DNA of 64,000 bases from a virus. The stretch is taken from the IMG/VR virus record IMGVR_UViG_3300021335_000003. One strand, given 5' to 3'. Position 1 is the first letter of the stretch, and each line of letters opens with the position of its first letter. Both the position numbers and the translations under genes were made by a program. The notes under the pieces are model-generated. The model was not told the DNA's origin. It saw only the letters and a program-made list of their open reading frames with translations, and searched no databases. Of the stretch, positions 39,870 to 48,607 are shown one piece after another.

Positions 39870-41384
39870 TTAATAACCGCTAATTGAAACTGCTAGTGGA
39901 TTTGATGTAAATGTTGTTTGTCCTGTAACAATCATACTTGCACCGCTAATTGCTGCATCTGGTGATCTCAGTGTAAATGTTAGGAAGAAATTGCCAGCAT
40001 CTTCAACAGAAGCCACTGTTAAACTAGTAAATAAGCCTGCGTTGCCACTGGTACCAATCTCTGTTACTGTGAAAGCACTACCATCTCCTGCACTATCGTG
40101 GAATAGGAATTTTTTAACTAGGAATTGATCTGCACCTGTTGTTGTACTAACATCATTTATAGTAAGTAAAATTTCACCACCTGATGTGTAACGTGCATAA
40201 TCGTATCTTGCAATCTCTTTAACACGATCTGTGCCATCCAGCGTGTCGTCATTAGCAATAGCACTCAGTATAACTAAATTCACTGCACCGGGTACAAAAG
40301 CAGTAGCATCGTTACTTGCTACTTTACCTAATTGCACATCACCTATAACTTGGATTGGATTTGCTGATTTTACTACTGTATCAGTCAATACTAAATTTGC
40401 TGAATCGACTTCAAAATTACCTGCACCAGAATTTGCTGTAATGATAATATCACTAGCACTTGAAATTTCCGGAGTGCCTGCTGCATCACTTACAATGTTG
40501 CCTGCTGTAAGTGTGCCACTAATATTTGCATCTCCTACTACATCTAATTCTACTGTAGGAGTTAAAGCACCTACACCAAATCTACCATTTTGAAATATTA
40601 AGTTATATGGAGCACTAAATGTACCACTAGGATCACTTGCAATAATAATTGTATCTCTACCGCCTTGTATAAATCCTGTAGTAACTTTGCCTACACTATC
40701 ATCTCTAGTAAAAGAAATTCTGCCATATGGTAATGTGTCACCACTTATGTCAGTTTGTGCTTCTCTAGTTAAATTTATTAAACTTGAATTGTTATCACTT
40801 GCTATATTTGCACTAACAGTGGTATTAGGTGAAGCAGGATCTGATATATTTAAAATTGCACCTTCTACATTTATTTCAGCAGTAGTAAGAGTAGTTGCAT
40901 TTACACTGCCATCTAAACCGTCAATAATTGTACTACTATTATCTGCAAACACACTACCTGTTAAATCACCTACGAATGGACCAGACGCTGTAATTCCTGT
41001 AAGCGCACTACCATCACCTACGAAACTATTTGCTGTAATTACACCTGTACCATCACCACCTGCTGTAATATCTCCTGTGATTAAAATATCGCCATCGCCG
41101 TCAATTCGATAGTTTGTTATATCTAAATCGCCACCTAGTGCTACCGCAGTTTCCATTTCAATAAGTGCGTTACCTAAAGTAATTGCTTTAAACCCGCCTG
41201 TTGTATTGTCTTGAATACCAGCAATTTCGGTTCCGCCACCGCTGCCTGTTACTAAGTTACCACCTGGTTCTATGCCGTCTCCAACATATAGTAATTTTGT
41301 ATCAGTGGTATAGATTAACTCGCCTTCTGCAGGCGTAAATGAAGTTCGTGTAGTGCTTGATCCGCGTCTTAGCTTTAAAGCCAT
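39870..41384 (-). CDS. Tail fibre/receptor-binding protein with Mtd-N-like N-terminus
   Basis: MALKLRRG...PAEGELIYTTDTKLLYVGDG; G/T/S-rich; late-like motif upstream. Confidence 0.75.
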   Translation of the reverse strand: MALKLRRGSSTTRTSFTPAEGELIYTTDTKLLYVGDGIEPGGNLVTGSGGGTEIAGIQDNTTGGFKAITLGNALIEMETAVALGGDLDITNYRIDGDGDILITGDITAGGDGTGVITANSFVGDGSALTGITASGPFVGDLTGSVFADNSSTIIDGLDGSVNATTLTTAEINVEGAILNISDPASPNTTVSANIASDNNSSLINLTREAQTDISGDTLPYGRISFTRDDSVGKVTTGFIQGGRDTIIIASDPSGTFSAPYNLIFQNGRFGVGALTPTVELDVVGDANISGTLTAGNIVSDAAGTPEISSASDIIITANSGAGNFEVDSANLVLTDTVVKSANPIQVIGDVQLGKVASNDATAFVPGAVNLVILSAIANDDTLDGTDRVKEIARYDYARYTSGGEILLTINDVSTTTGADQFLVKKFLFHDSAGDGSAFTVTEIGTSGNAGLFTSLTVASVEDAGNFFLTFTLRSPDAAISGASMIVTGQTTFTSNPLAVSISGY

Positions 41385-41415
41385 TATAGTCTCCTAGGTA
41401 ATGTACTGTTTTATA

Positions 41416-41423
41416 TATTTATC
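41416..41423 (-). promoter_or_regulatory. Late-promoter-like motif GATAAATA
   Basis: Upstream of the AGGAG RBS of the fibre gene starting at 41384. Confidence 0.55.
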
Positions 41424-41429
41424 ATATTA

Positions 41430-41987
41430 CTAAGTATTTAAACAAAACACCAGATGCACTCTAGGGTCTTTACTAGCGTTTAATGCAGTATGAGGCACTG
41501 TAGTATCAACCAAATAGGTAGCTCCAAATGGCATTCTATAAACTTGGTCATCTATAATCATCATACAATCATTGTTTGTATAGATAGGTATGTGAATACG
41601 TTTGCTAGGATCTTTATGATATGTCAAACAGGTTTTATGTTGCATTAACATAAATCTTCCACGTATAATATCATAGTTTTGTTGTATTTTTTTAATTAAT
41701 TCTTCAAATAATGTATTTTTAAATATTTCACAGACACTGTTAAACTGCTCTTCCTCAAAAATTTCTTTGCGTAATGGTAAATCGCCTTTTCCTGTGTATG
41801 CAGGCCAATCATAATATAAACTACCGCAACTTTCAATTAGTTGATTTTCTAATAGAGCATCTGTTCTGCATTGTATTGCTAACTGTTTTAATCCATGATT
41901 TTTATAGATACGATCATCTATATTTAAATCATGATAGTTTTCGAGTAATTTATCATAATCAATATCAATATTTAAATTTTCAATCAT
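41430..41987 (-). CDS. Aspartyl/asparaginyl beta-hydroxylase-family oxygenase
   Basis: YHKD, RIHIPI and DTTVPHTALN....RVHLV motifs. Confidence 0.8.
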   Translation of the reverse strand: MIENLNIDIDYDKLLENYHDLNIDDRIYKNHGLKQLAIQCRTDALLENQLIESCGSLYYDWPAYTGKGDLPLRKEIFEEEQFNSVCEIFKNTLFEELIKKIQQNYDIIRGRFMLMQHKTCLTYHKDPSKRIHIPIYTNNDCMMIIDDQVYRMPFGATYLVDTTVPHTALNASKDPRVHLVFCLNT

Positions 41988-41991
41988 AAAT

Positions 41992-42282
41992 TTATTTATT
42001 GAGTTTTAAAAATCTACGGGTACGTTTTGCTACATCTCTTTGTAATTTTTTTAAGTTTAGTCTAAAATCCACAGTATCTATTGTGTCTTCATATTCTTTA
42101 AAAAAATCATCTAGTGTTTTTTCAATATCAAGTTCAGAATTTTTACTTTTTTGAACTTCTATTTCCCATTCTTTACCATCCGTAAATTTTACGACCACTG
42201 AGCTCATATACTCTAATGGAATATAATCCATATCAATTTGTTGGAGTAATTCGTCCCAGTAGTCGTCGTCTTTAGGCTTCAC
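41992..42282 (-). CDS. Hypothetical phage protein
   Basis: 96 aa acidic ORF coupled to the upstream gene. Confidence 0.65.
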   Translation of the reverse strand: MKPKDDDYWDELLQQIDMDYIPLEYMSSVVVKFTDGKEWEIEVQKSKNSELDIEKTLDDFFKEYEDTIDTVDFRLNLKKLQRDVAKRTRRFLKLNK

Positions 42283-42895
42283 TAGTTTCTGTCTTTTTTG
42301 TAGTCTTTTTCTTTGTTGGAACTAATTCTTCTGCTTGTTCTCTTAATGCTTTTGCTTCTTTAAAAAGTGCATCTGCTTGTGATCTGTATTGTGCTGCTAG
42401 AGCCGCATCATCTAAAACACCATCTGTAGTAGGTGTTTCTGTATAAGTTGAAACTGGATCAACTGCTTCTTCTGTTTCGATTGTAGCAGGTTCTACAGTT
42501 TCACCATCTGGACCTTTTAGGGCTAAATCGGCAACAGTTACACCTTGCTGTTCTGCAATAGTTTTGTTAAGTTCTTCTAAAGAAATACTTGTATTCCTGT
42601 TAGGCGTCATTTCTACACTGCTAGTTGGAACTTTATTTAATTTACCAGTTTTACTAAAACCTGCCAGCATGTTTCTGCCATCTGGCAAATACGCTCTTGC
42701 CATACATTCTGCAAATTCGTATGCTTCTTGGCCAGCAGCTGATTCAACTGCTTTAATTAGTGCATCATGTTCGTCTGCACTTAGGTTTTCTGTTTGTACA
42801 ACCAGACAATAATCGGGATCGCCTGGAATTACTCTATATGCAACCACAACTTTACGCTGGTTAGTTGCAATTCTTCCTACATGTTTAAGAGCCAT
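42272..42895 (-). CDS. Hypothetical phage protein
   Basis: Start MALKHVGR at 42895 with GGAGG RBS; C-terminal coiled coil. Confidence 0.7.
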   Translation of the reverse strand: MALKHVGRIATNQRKVVVAYRVIPGDPDYCLVVQTENLSADEHDALIKAVESAAGQEAYEFAECMARAYLPDGRNMLAGFSKTGKLNKVPTSSVEMTPNRNTSISLEELNKTIAEQQGVTVADLALKGPDGETVEPATIETEEAVDPVSTYTETPTTDGVLDDAALAAQYRSQADALFKEAKALREQAEELVPTKKKTTKKTETSEA

Positions 42896-43142
42896 TTGCA
42901 GCCTCCGTTTCTGGCGTTGGAGCAGGAGCCGGTTGTGCTGCTGCTGCACCTTCTTGTGCTGCTTTTGCTTGTGCTTCAACTTCTTTTAGGAAAGCATCAA
43001 GTTTATTATATAAAGCACCGACACTAGCAATTTCATTTGCTTTAAACGTACCACGTTCTGTAGCAAGTTCAATAACTGCTCTTGCCAATGCCAAATCTTG
43101 AATGTTTAGTTCATTTTGATTTGTTTGTGTGTTTTCGGTCAT
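42885..43142 (-). CDS. Hypothetical phage protein
   Basis: 85 aa, AGGAG RBS, TATAAGTA motif at 43163-43170. Confidence 0.7.
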   Translation of the reverse strand: MTENTQTNQNELNIQDLALARAVIELATERGTFKANEIASVGALYNKLDAFLKEVEAQAKAAQEGAAAAQPAPAPTPETEAANGS

Positions 43143-43179
43143 ATTTTGAACTCCTTGTATATTACTTATAACCTAGGTT

Positions 43180-43458
43180 TTAATTGTATTTCAAATGTGG
43201 ACAAGCAAGCATAAAGAAACTTAATTCTTTTTCTTGTTCAAACCCAACTCTGTTGTATTGATTTAGATTTTTCATTTCGTCAAAGCCAATACTATTGCCA
43301 AAAAAATATCTACCACTCAAATTATCTTCGATCCAATCACAGATGGCTCTATCAATATTGTACTTCCGCTGTATATCAACAGTGGCAAAGTGAGGAGGGC
43401 AAAAAGTTACCCTCCTTAAACCTAAAACATCTAATGGATTGGGTTCTTTTAGTTTCAC
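43180..43458 (-). CDS. Hypothetical phage protein
   Basis: 92 aa, GTG start with GGAGG RBS. Confidence 0.65.
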   Translation of the reverse strand: MKLKEPNPLDVLGLRRVTFCPPHFATVDIQRKYNIDRAICDWIEDNLSGRYFFGNSIGFDEMKNLNQYNRVGFEQEKELSFFMLACPHLKYN

Positions 43459-44735
43459 GCAGCCTCCTCATAATGGGCAGTTATACCAAACGGACCTTCT
43501 AAGTTTTTATTGTGATTGCTGTGAATAATAAAAATAGTTTCACAGTATTCCGAATCACCCCAGCTATCCCAAGCATACCCATCTGTGAACATAATGAATT
43601 TTTTAGGTTGAATATCGTTGTCTTTCATGTATGTCCAGTTTACCATAAAGTCAGTGCCGCCACCGCCTAGCACTTCATATTCACTCAAGTCTCTACCACC
43701 ATCAGCAGTAAAGTCTTCTTCGTTATAAACTGCTGTATCAAAACACCATACTTTGATCTTGTAATCTTTGTATTCGTCCATGATACCTTTAATTTCGCTT
43801 AGGAAGTCTTTTGCTTGATCGTCACCAATAGAACCTGACATATCAATGCTAACACAAATGTCAATTGTATCTTGGAAGTTCATTCCTGGAAGAATAGCAC
43901 CTGTGTGCCAGCCTTTACGTGATGGACGAGCAAATGTGTAATCGCTTTTGATTGTACTTTGGATTTGCTGACGTAGCAATTCACGCCAGTTCATTTTAGG
44001 CTCTGTTAGTTGTTTAATAAGACGTTGCACACCGCCTGGAACATTACCAGCACCAGCAGTTTGTGCAGCCTGAATCATTGCTTCTTTGATCTCGTCTTTG
44101 ATTTGATCAAGTTCGCCTTTACTGTACTTAGGACGGCCTTTGCCGTCTTTGTTATCTTCTTCTGTGCCGTCACCTTCTAAATCCAAATGCTCGTCTAGCA
44201 TTTCACCTAATTGCTCTAAAAACTCTTGTCCGTTTTTTTCTGCTTCTTTAAACAGTTCGTCATATACTTCTTCTGAACTCCAGCCTTCGTATTTAAAATC
44301 TTGATAGCAATCTACAATGCTAGGCTTTTCACCAATGCGATCACGTACAAGCAAATTATTTACAATATAGTCAGCAGCAATGTTATACAACATTGGATTG
44401 CGTTCATCTCTACGACCTAAGTGATCAAATACACAGTGTAGAATTTCATGTGCAATAACAAACTCAATCTCTTTGTTATTCATTGCATTAAAGAATTGTG
44501 TATTAAAGTACAAGTTACGTCCGTCAACTGCGGCAGTAGGGCACCACTCGTCTGCACATTGAATACGCAAACGTGTTGCCATATTACCAAAGAACGGATG
44601 TCGTAGTAGCAAACCTACTCGTGCAATAATGATGCGATCTAGCACATCTTTACGCATTTCGTCTAATTCTTTTTCTGTAAGATCTGGATTAGGTTCCCAG
44701 TTTTTTAATTTACTTGATGTATCTTTAGTGGACAT
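43455..44735 (-). CDS. HEXXH metallopeptidase-VWA domain protein (DUF2201-like)
   Basis: AHEILH zincin motif, NIAADYIVN, MIDAS DMSGS, GGGTDF and FTDG. Confidence 0.85.
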   Translation of the reverse strand: MSTKDTSSKLKNWEPNPDLTEKELDEMRKDVLDRIIIARVGLLLRHPFFGNMATRLRIQCADEWCPTAAVDGRNLYFNTQFFNAMNNKEIEFVIAHEILHCVFDHLGRRDERNPMLYNIAADYIVNNLLVRDRIGEKPSIVDCYQDFKYEGWSSEEVYDELFKEAEKNGQEFLEQLGEMLDEHLDLEGDGTEEDNKDGKGRPKYSKGELDQIKDEIKEAMIQAAQTAGAGNVPGGVQRLIKQLTEPKMNWRELLRQQIQSTIKSDYTFARPSRKGWHTGAILPGMNFQDTIDICVSIDMSGSIGDDQAKDFLSEIKGIMDEYKDYKIKVWCFDTAVYNEEDFTADGGRDLSEYEVLGGGGTDFMVNWTYMKDNDIQPKKFIMFTDGYAWDSWGDSEYCETIFIIHSNHNKNLEGPFGITAHYEEAA

Positions 44736-44764
44736 ATTGTACCTCTTTATCAGTGCCTAGTATT

Positions 44765-44792
44765 AATATAACATATTTAATTGTATTGTCAA
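44765..44792 (-). promoter_or_regulatory. sigma70-type early promoter TTGACA-N16-(TG)TATATT
   Basis: Upstream of the VWA gene; the leader carries TAGGCACTGAT. Confidence 0.65.
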
Positions 44793-44799
44793 GCAAATA

Positions 44800-44833
44800 A
44801 AGAAAAAATGGGCAGCCTAAGCCACCCATTTTC
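44800..44833 (-). terminator. Rho-independent terminator after the AAA gene
   Basis: Minus-strand GGGTGGC-TTAG-GCTGCCC stem followed by ATTTTTTCTTT. Confidence 0.75.
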
Positions 44834-44840
44834 ACTCTAA

Positions 44841-45926
44841 TTACACCGCCTGTGCTGCTTTTATATACTTACCATAACGGTTGTGGAACTCGTCAAAGCA
44901 TTCCACTTCGTCTGGATCAATTGGCAGCGCATACTGTGTTAGCGCAAGTTTAATACCCATAACAACTAGTTCTGTGTCAAAGTTATCCATTGCAAAGCGT
45001 AGGAAGTTATTAACTTTATCATCAAACTTTTTGTCATTTTTATCTGATGCTTCTTTTAGTTCATAGCAAAGACTAACAGTCAGCGAATACATGGCACTGA
45101 TTTCTGACGTGCTCATGTCTTTTACTTTGCCTGCAAGAATATCAGTTGGATTAGGCATACTTGCGGCTACCTTGCGGTGCGCCATAAACTTAACACCGAG
45201 TCCTTCGCCTACTGAGCCGGAAACCAAATCAGTAGTAGTACCTTCGTCAAGTTCGTCATCAAGTAACTCACTTACAAACGCCCAACTACGTGGTGTTGCA
45301 AATGAACGACTTGCGGATTTAGGATCGAAGTCATACAAGTCTTTTTTAGCAAAAGTCAAGTAACCAACAACGTCCTTGTGTTGATTGTTATCAACTGCCC
45401 ACTGGAACCAATCGTCAAATTCGACAGCCATTTCAATGTGAATAAAGCGATTAGCAAGTGGTGAAGGCATACGATATGTAACGCCTTTGTCTGCTTCACG
45501 GTTACCCGCAGCAACGATGATAACATTGTCCGGCAGTTTATATTGCCCGACACGACGATTAAGAATCAACTGATATGCTGCCGCTTGTACAGCAGGAGCA
45601 GCTGAGTTCATCTCGTCAAAAAATACAACAATATTGTCGTATTGTGCTGCCATTTCTTCGTCTGGCAGTTCTGAAGGAGCACCCCAAACCATTTTAACAT
45701 TTGTGCTGTCAAAATATGGAATGCCTTTAATATCAGTTGGATCCCAAAGACTCAACCGAATATCAATTAGATGTGAGTTAGAAAACTCGTCTGTAACCTG
45801 CGCAACGATATCGGATTTACCAATACCTGGAGGACCCCACAAGAACACAGGACGCTTTTTCTTCATAGCGTGACGCAGTGCGTTTTTTGCTTTGTTAGGA
45901 GATAGTGTACGAATAACGTCTGACAT
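44841..45926 (-). CDS. MoxR-like AAA+ ATPase
   Basis: Walker A GPPGIGKS, Walker B VFFDE, AAGN sensor and LANRF Arg finger; adjacent VWA partner. Confidence 0.9.
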   Translation of the reverse strand: MSDVIRTLSPNKAKNALRHAMKKKRPVFLWGPPGIGKSDIVAQVTDEFSNSHLIDIRLSLWDPTDIKGIPYFDSTNVKMVWGAPSELPDEEMAAQYDNIVVFFDEMNSAAPAVQAAAYQLILNRRVGQYKLPDNVIIVAAGNREADKGVTYRMPSPLANRFIHIEMAVEFDDWFQWAVDNNQHKDVVGYLTFAKKDLYDFDPKSASRSFATPRSWAFVSELLDDELDEGTTTDLVSGSVGEGLGVKFMAHRKVAASMPNPTDILAGKVKDMSTSEISAMYSLTVSLCYELKEASDKNDKKFDDKVNNFLRFAMDNFDTELVVMGIKLALTQYALPIDPDEVECFDEFHNRYGKYIKAAQAV

Positions 45927-45959
45927 TTGTATTCCTTTCTAAATCAGTGCCTATGTCTT

Positions 45960-45988
45960 ATATTAGCGTATCTAGTTTTCGTTGTCAA
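45960..45988 (-). promoter_or_regulatory. sigma70-type early promoter TTGACA-N17-TAATAT
   Basis: Upstream of the AAA gene; the leader carries TAGGCACTGAT. Confidence 0.65.
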
Positions 45989-46152
45989 GTAATTAATTTA
46001 AAAATTACATAGAAAATAACACAAGTCCAAAAAATACTCCAAAATTCACCTGTCACCACTTCTTTATTAGATACTGGTTGAACGCAATTTGGACATACTT
46101 TTGCTCCAATAGGTTTATCTAAAAAACACTTTGGACATTGAACATTCATCAT
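45985..46152 (-). CDS. 55-aa zinc-ribbon protein with C-terminal TM helix (absent from the ORF track)
   Basis: Hand translation: MMNVQCPKCFLDKPIGAKVCPNCVQPVSNKEVVTGEFWSIFWTCVIFYVIFKLIT. GAGGAG upstream. Confidence 0.65.
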   Translation of the reverse strand: MMNVQCPKCFLDKPIGAKVCPNCVQPVSNKEVVTGEFWSIFWTCVIFYVIFKLIT

Positions 46153-46154
46153 AA

Positions 46155-46550
46155 TTAAAACTCCTCATAAGTTGCAATTGCGTCAATCTCTTTTACAAGT
46201 GACTTGCCATAATCTGTGAACAAGATACCCTGCTCCCAAACAAAATGCTCAACATCTTGAATGTGATAGAAAGTTTCTTGTTGTGCAATCCAACGTAGTG
46301 CAGTTGTACGATTGCCTGCACCAAGACTAATAACGTCTTTGACACGATCTTCAAAACGTGCAACACAAGCTGCTTCGCGGATCTTCTCCTCAGCAATTTG
46401 CATCTCAACGGTATCGCAATACTCGTCCCAAGTTTTCTGCTTTTCAGCAGGAGTGCAGTTATTCCAATCTGCCCAAAACGCTTCGCCAGGACGGCAGCCA
46501 TACACATCTTTGTGTAGGTCTGAAATAATATCATCGCAGTATGTAAACAT
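46155..46550 (-). CDS. Hypothetical early phage protein
   Basis: SDLHKDVYGCRP motif; has its own promoter. Confidence 0.7.
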   Translation of the reverse strand: MFTYCDDIISDLHKDVYGCRPGEAFWADWNNCTPAEKQKTWDEYCDTVEMQIAEEKIREAACVARFEDRVKDVISLGAGNRTTALRWIAQQETFYHIQDVEHFVWEQGILFTDYGKSLVKEIDAIATYEEF

Positions 46551-46581
46551 TTTGTTACCCTCTATGTTGCCCTATACAAAT

Positions 46582-46610
46582 AATATACTATAAAATACTA
46601 TCGATGTCAA
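46582..46610 (-). promoter_or_regulatory. sigma70-type early promoter TTGACA-N17-TATATT
   Basis: -35 at 46610-46605 and -10 at 46587-46582. Confidence 0.7.
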
Positions 46611-46613
46611 CCT

Positions 46614-46922
46614 TTATCTGCCTAAAAGTGCATCTAAAACTACAATACCTAGCAATATATTTAATGCATCATTGCTATTGCTGTGACCATGACTGTGTCC
46701 ATGTGTAGGACTATTGCCATGATTATATCCTGGATTTGTTGTAACGGGAGGATCTGTTACTAGCCCACGGTCTGTGTAATATGAACGAGCCATATGATGA
46801 CAGTGCCACATACCACGCCAGCCATCTGTTGATCCGTAATGACATCCGTGTTGATTCAAATAACCTGCATCTGCGTTTGCTGTTGATGCAAAAAGTGTAA
46901 GTGCTAGTATTAAACGTTTCAT
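46614..46922 (-). CDS. Small exported His-rich protein (YHYH-like)
   Basis: Signal peptide MKRLILALTLFASTANA, HGCH...WHCH, His-rich linker and C-terminal hydrophobic segment. Confidence 0.55.
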   Translation of the reverse strand: MKRLILALTLFASTANADAGYLNQHGCHYGSTDGWRGMWHCHHMARSYYTDRGLVTDPPVTTNPGYNHGNSPTHGHSHGHSNSNDALNILLGIVVLDALLGR

Positions 46923-46955
46923 TTTGTGCCTTCTTGTGCCTATTAATTTAATATT

Positions 46956-46984
46956 AATATAGTACAATAGTATTAGAAGGTCAA
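46956..46984 (-). promoter_or_regulatory. sigma70-type early promoter TTGACC-N17-TATATT
   Basis: The leader carries TAGGCAC and AAGGCAC. Confidence 0.65.
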
Positions 46985-47211
46985 CCTTTTTTATTTAATT
47001 TTATAGAAAAACTTCCAGGATTATTTTGTGTTTGTTTGCATTCTCTAATACGTGGATGATTTCTAGCCCAAGTTTCAAACTCACGCATCATAGCACCCTG
47101 CCCTGTAATTACAATACATTTTTTATGTCCAGCAAAATATGCCTCAGTTATTTTCGTATTAAAGTGTTGCCAAGCATTATGGATGTGATATCCGTGTAAA
47201 TCAATTCTCAT
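46981..47211 (-). CDS. Stand-alone Smr/MutS2-domain protein
   Basis: MRIDLHG, VITGQG and NPGSF motifs. Confidence 0.8.
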   Translation of the reverse strand: MRIDLHGYHIHNAWQHFNTKITEAYFAGHKKCIVITGQGAMMREFETWARNHPRIRECKQTQNNPGSFSIKLNKKG

Positions 47212-47587
47212 CCTTCTTTGACCTTGACATTGCTTTTGTTAAACCATATTTACGTAAGTCTCCGCTGAACAATCCAAGTTCAACTGCTTTACGTTCGTTT
47301 GTAACTGTTATACTTCTATTTGTTAAGTAATACGGACAATCAATAAATTTATCTAAAAATATAATAACTTGTGTAGTCATAGGCATATCACGTGGATATG
47401 GAATATCATATGTTTGTAGTTCAATCTTGTTTATAACATCAAAACCATCATCTGTTAGTCTAAGCCCACCTACATCTTTCTGTCGTGTGTTATACCACCA
47501 AAGTGGCATATGCTCTTTTACACTAAGATCGTTGTAACTTTTACCTAATTCTTTTAAAAAAAGTTTGGTGTATGTAACCTTGTTCAT
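47201..47587 (-). CDS. Hypothetical phage protein
   Basis: 128 aa, GLRLTDDG and PYY motifs, translationally coupled. Confidence 0.7.
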   Translation of the reverse strand: MNKVTYTKLFLKELGKSYNDLSVKEHMPLWWYNTRQKDVGGLRLTDDGFDVINKIELQTYDIPYPRDMPMTTQVIIFLDKFIDCPYYLTNRSITVTNERKAVELGLFSGDLRKYGLTKAMSRSKKDEN

Positions 47588-47868
47588 TCTAACTTTTCGC
47601 CTGCTGTTAATTTATAAACAGCAAACTCGTCTGTGTTAAACATGTCGTTTAATTTTTTTGCCAAGTTGTGGGCATGTCCTGGATTACTAAAACTTGTTTT
47701 TTTATACTTTGGTCCAGGATAGCCAGTTAAACTATTACTGCTTTTTAAATTAAAAGGTTTATCTTGGTAGAAGACAGCCCAGATTGCTTCCGCATCTAAC
47801 ACTTGCTCACATTTGTATGTAACTTTATTTGTAAACTCAAGTTTTACTGTAGGCTTAGGTCTACTCAT
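47584..47868 (-). CDS. Hypothetical phage protein (MSRPKP...)
   Basis: 94 aa basic ORF with AAGGA RBS and a late-like motif upstream. Confidence 0.7.
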   Translation of the reverse strand: MSRPKPTVKLEFTNKVTYKCEQVLDAEAIWAVFYQDKPFNLKSSNSLTGYPGPKYKKTSFSNPGHAHNLAKKLNDMFNTDEFAVYKLTAGEKLE

Positions 47869-47910
47869 ATGCGTTTCCTTTAATATAAACTACGCATATA
47901 TTTATCTTTT

Positions 47911-48153
47911 TTACCAGCCACCTGAATCCATATTAATCTCAATAGTTTGGTCTTGATTGAGTTTATCTATTTTTTCATCTAGTATTTTTTCTAAATCGCC
48001 ATGTAATCTAGCCATTACTTCACCTAATGTAAAGGCTAGAGTTTTTGCTTGAGTAATATCAAGGCGCACTTCTTTTGCTCTACTTTGTTCAGCAACTTTT
48101 ACCATTTGTATTAGTTGCTGTATAGGCATTGTGTTAATGGGTTCTGTTGACAT
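47911..48153 (-). CDS. Hypothetical phage protein
   Basis: 80 aa ORF within the operon. Confidence 0.65.
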   Translation of the reverse strand: MSTEPINTMPIQQLIQMVKVAEQSRAKEVRLDITQAKTLAFTLGEVMARLHGDLEKILDEKIDKLNQDQTIEINMDSGGW

Positions 48154-48607
48154 TTGCTAAAGCCATTTTCATTTCTAATTCTGTTTTATATGGACCCATA
48201 TATTCATTACGTTCAACTGTAATTAGTTTAGGACAATAACTTTTTAACCAATTTACATTAAACTTGATTAGATAGTATCCTGCACAATAAACTGATTTGC
48301 TTTTTTCACTTTTTGTAAAAAGAGGCAATTTACGTTGAATATCAAACATACTATTGTATGGAATGGTTCTAGTAGGATATCCATGAACATCTTTTGATTG
48401 AATTCCATTAGTAGTTTTAATATTTGCAACTAAAAAATTCTTACCAAAAGTTTTTTTAAGTTGATTTTCATTTTTGTAAATGTCTATCTTGCCTTTACTG
48501 TTAATAACAAATCCTTCGTCATTTTTACTTAGTGTGCCAATACGCACACCTTCTTGTTCTACAATCCAAAACTTGTCTTCTAAAACTGGTTTAGCTGTTA
48601 TACTCAT
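48134..48607 (-). CDS. Hypothetical phage protein
   Basis: 157 aa ORF coupled to the RNase H gene. Confidence 0.7.
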   Translation of the reverse strand: MSITAKPVLEDKFWIVEQEGVRIGTLSKNDEGFVINSKGKIDIYKNENQLKKTFGKNFLVANIKTTNGIQSKDVHGYPTRTIPYNSMFDIQRKLPLFTKSEKSKSVYCAGYYLIKFNVNWLKSYCPKLITVERNEYMGPYKTELEMKMALANVNRTH

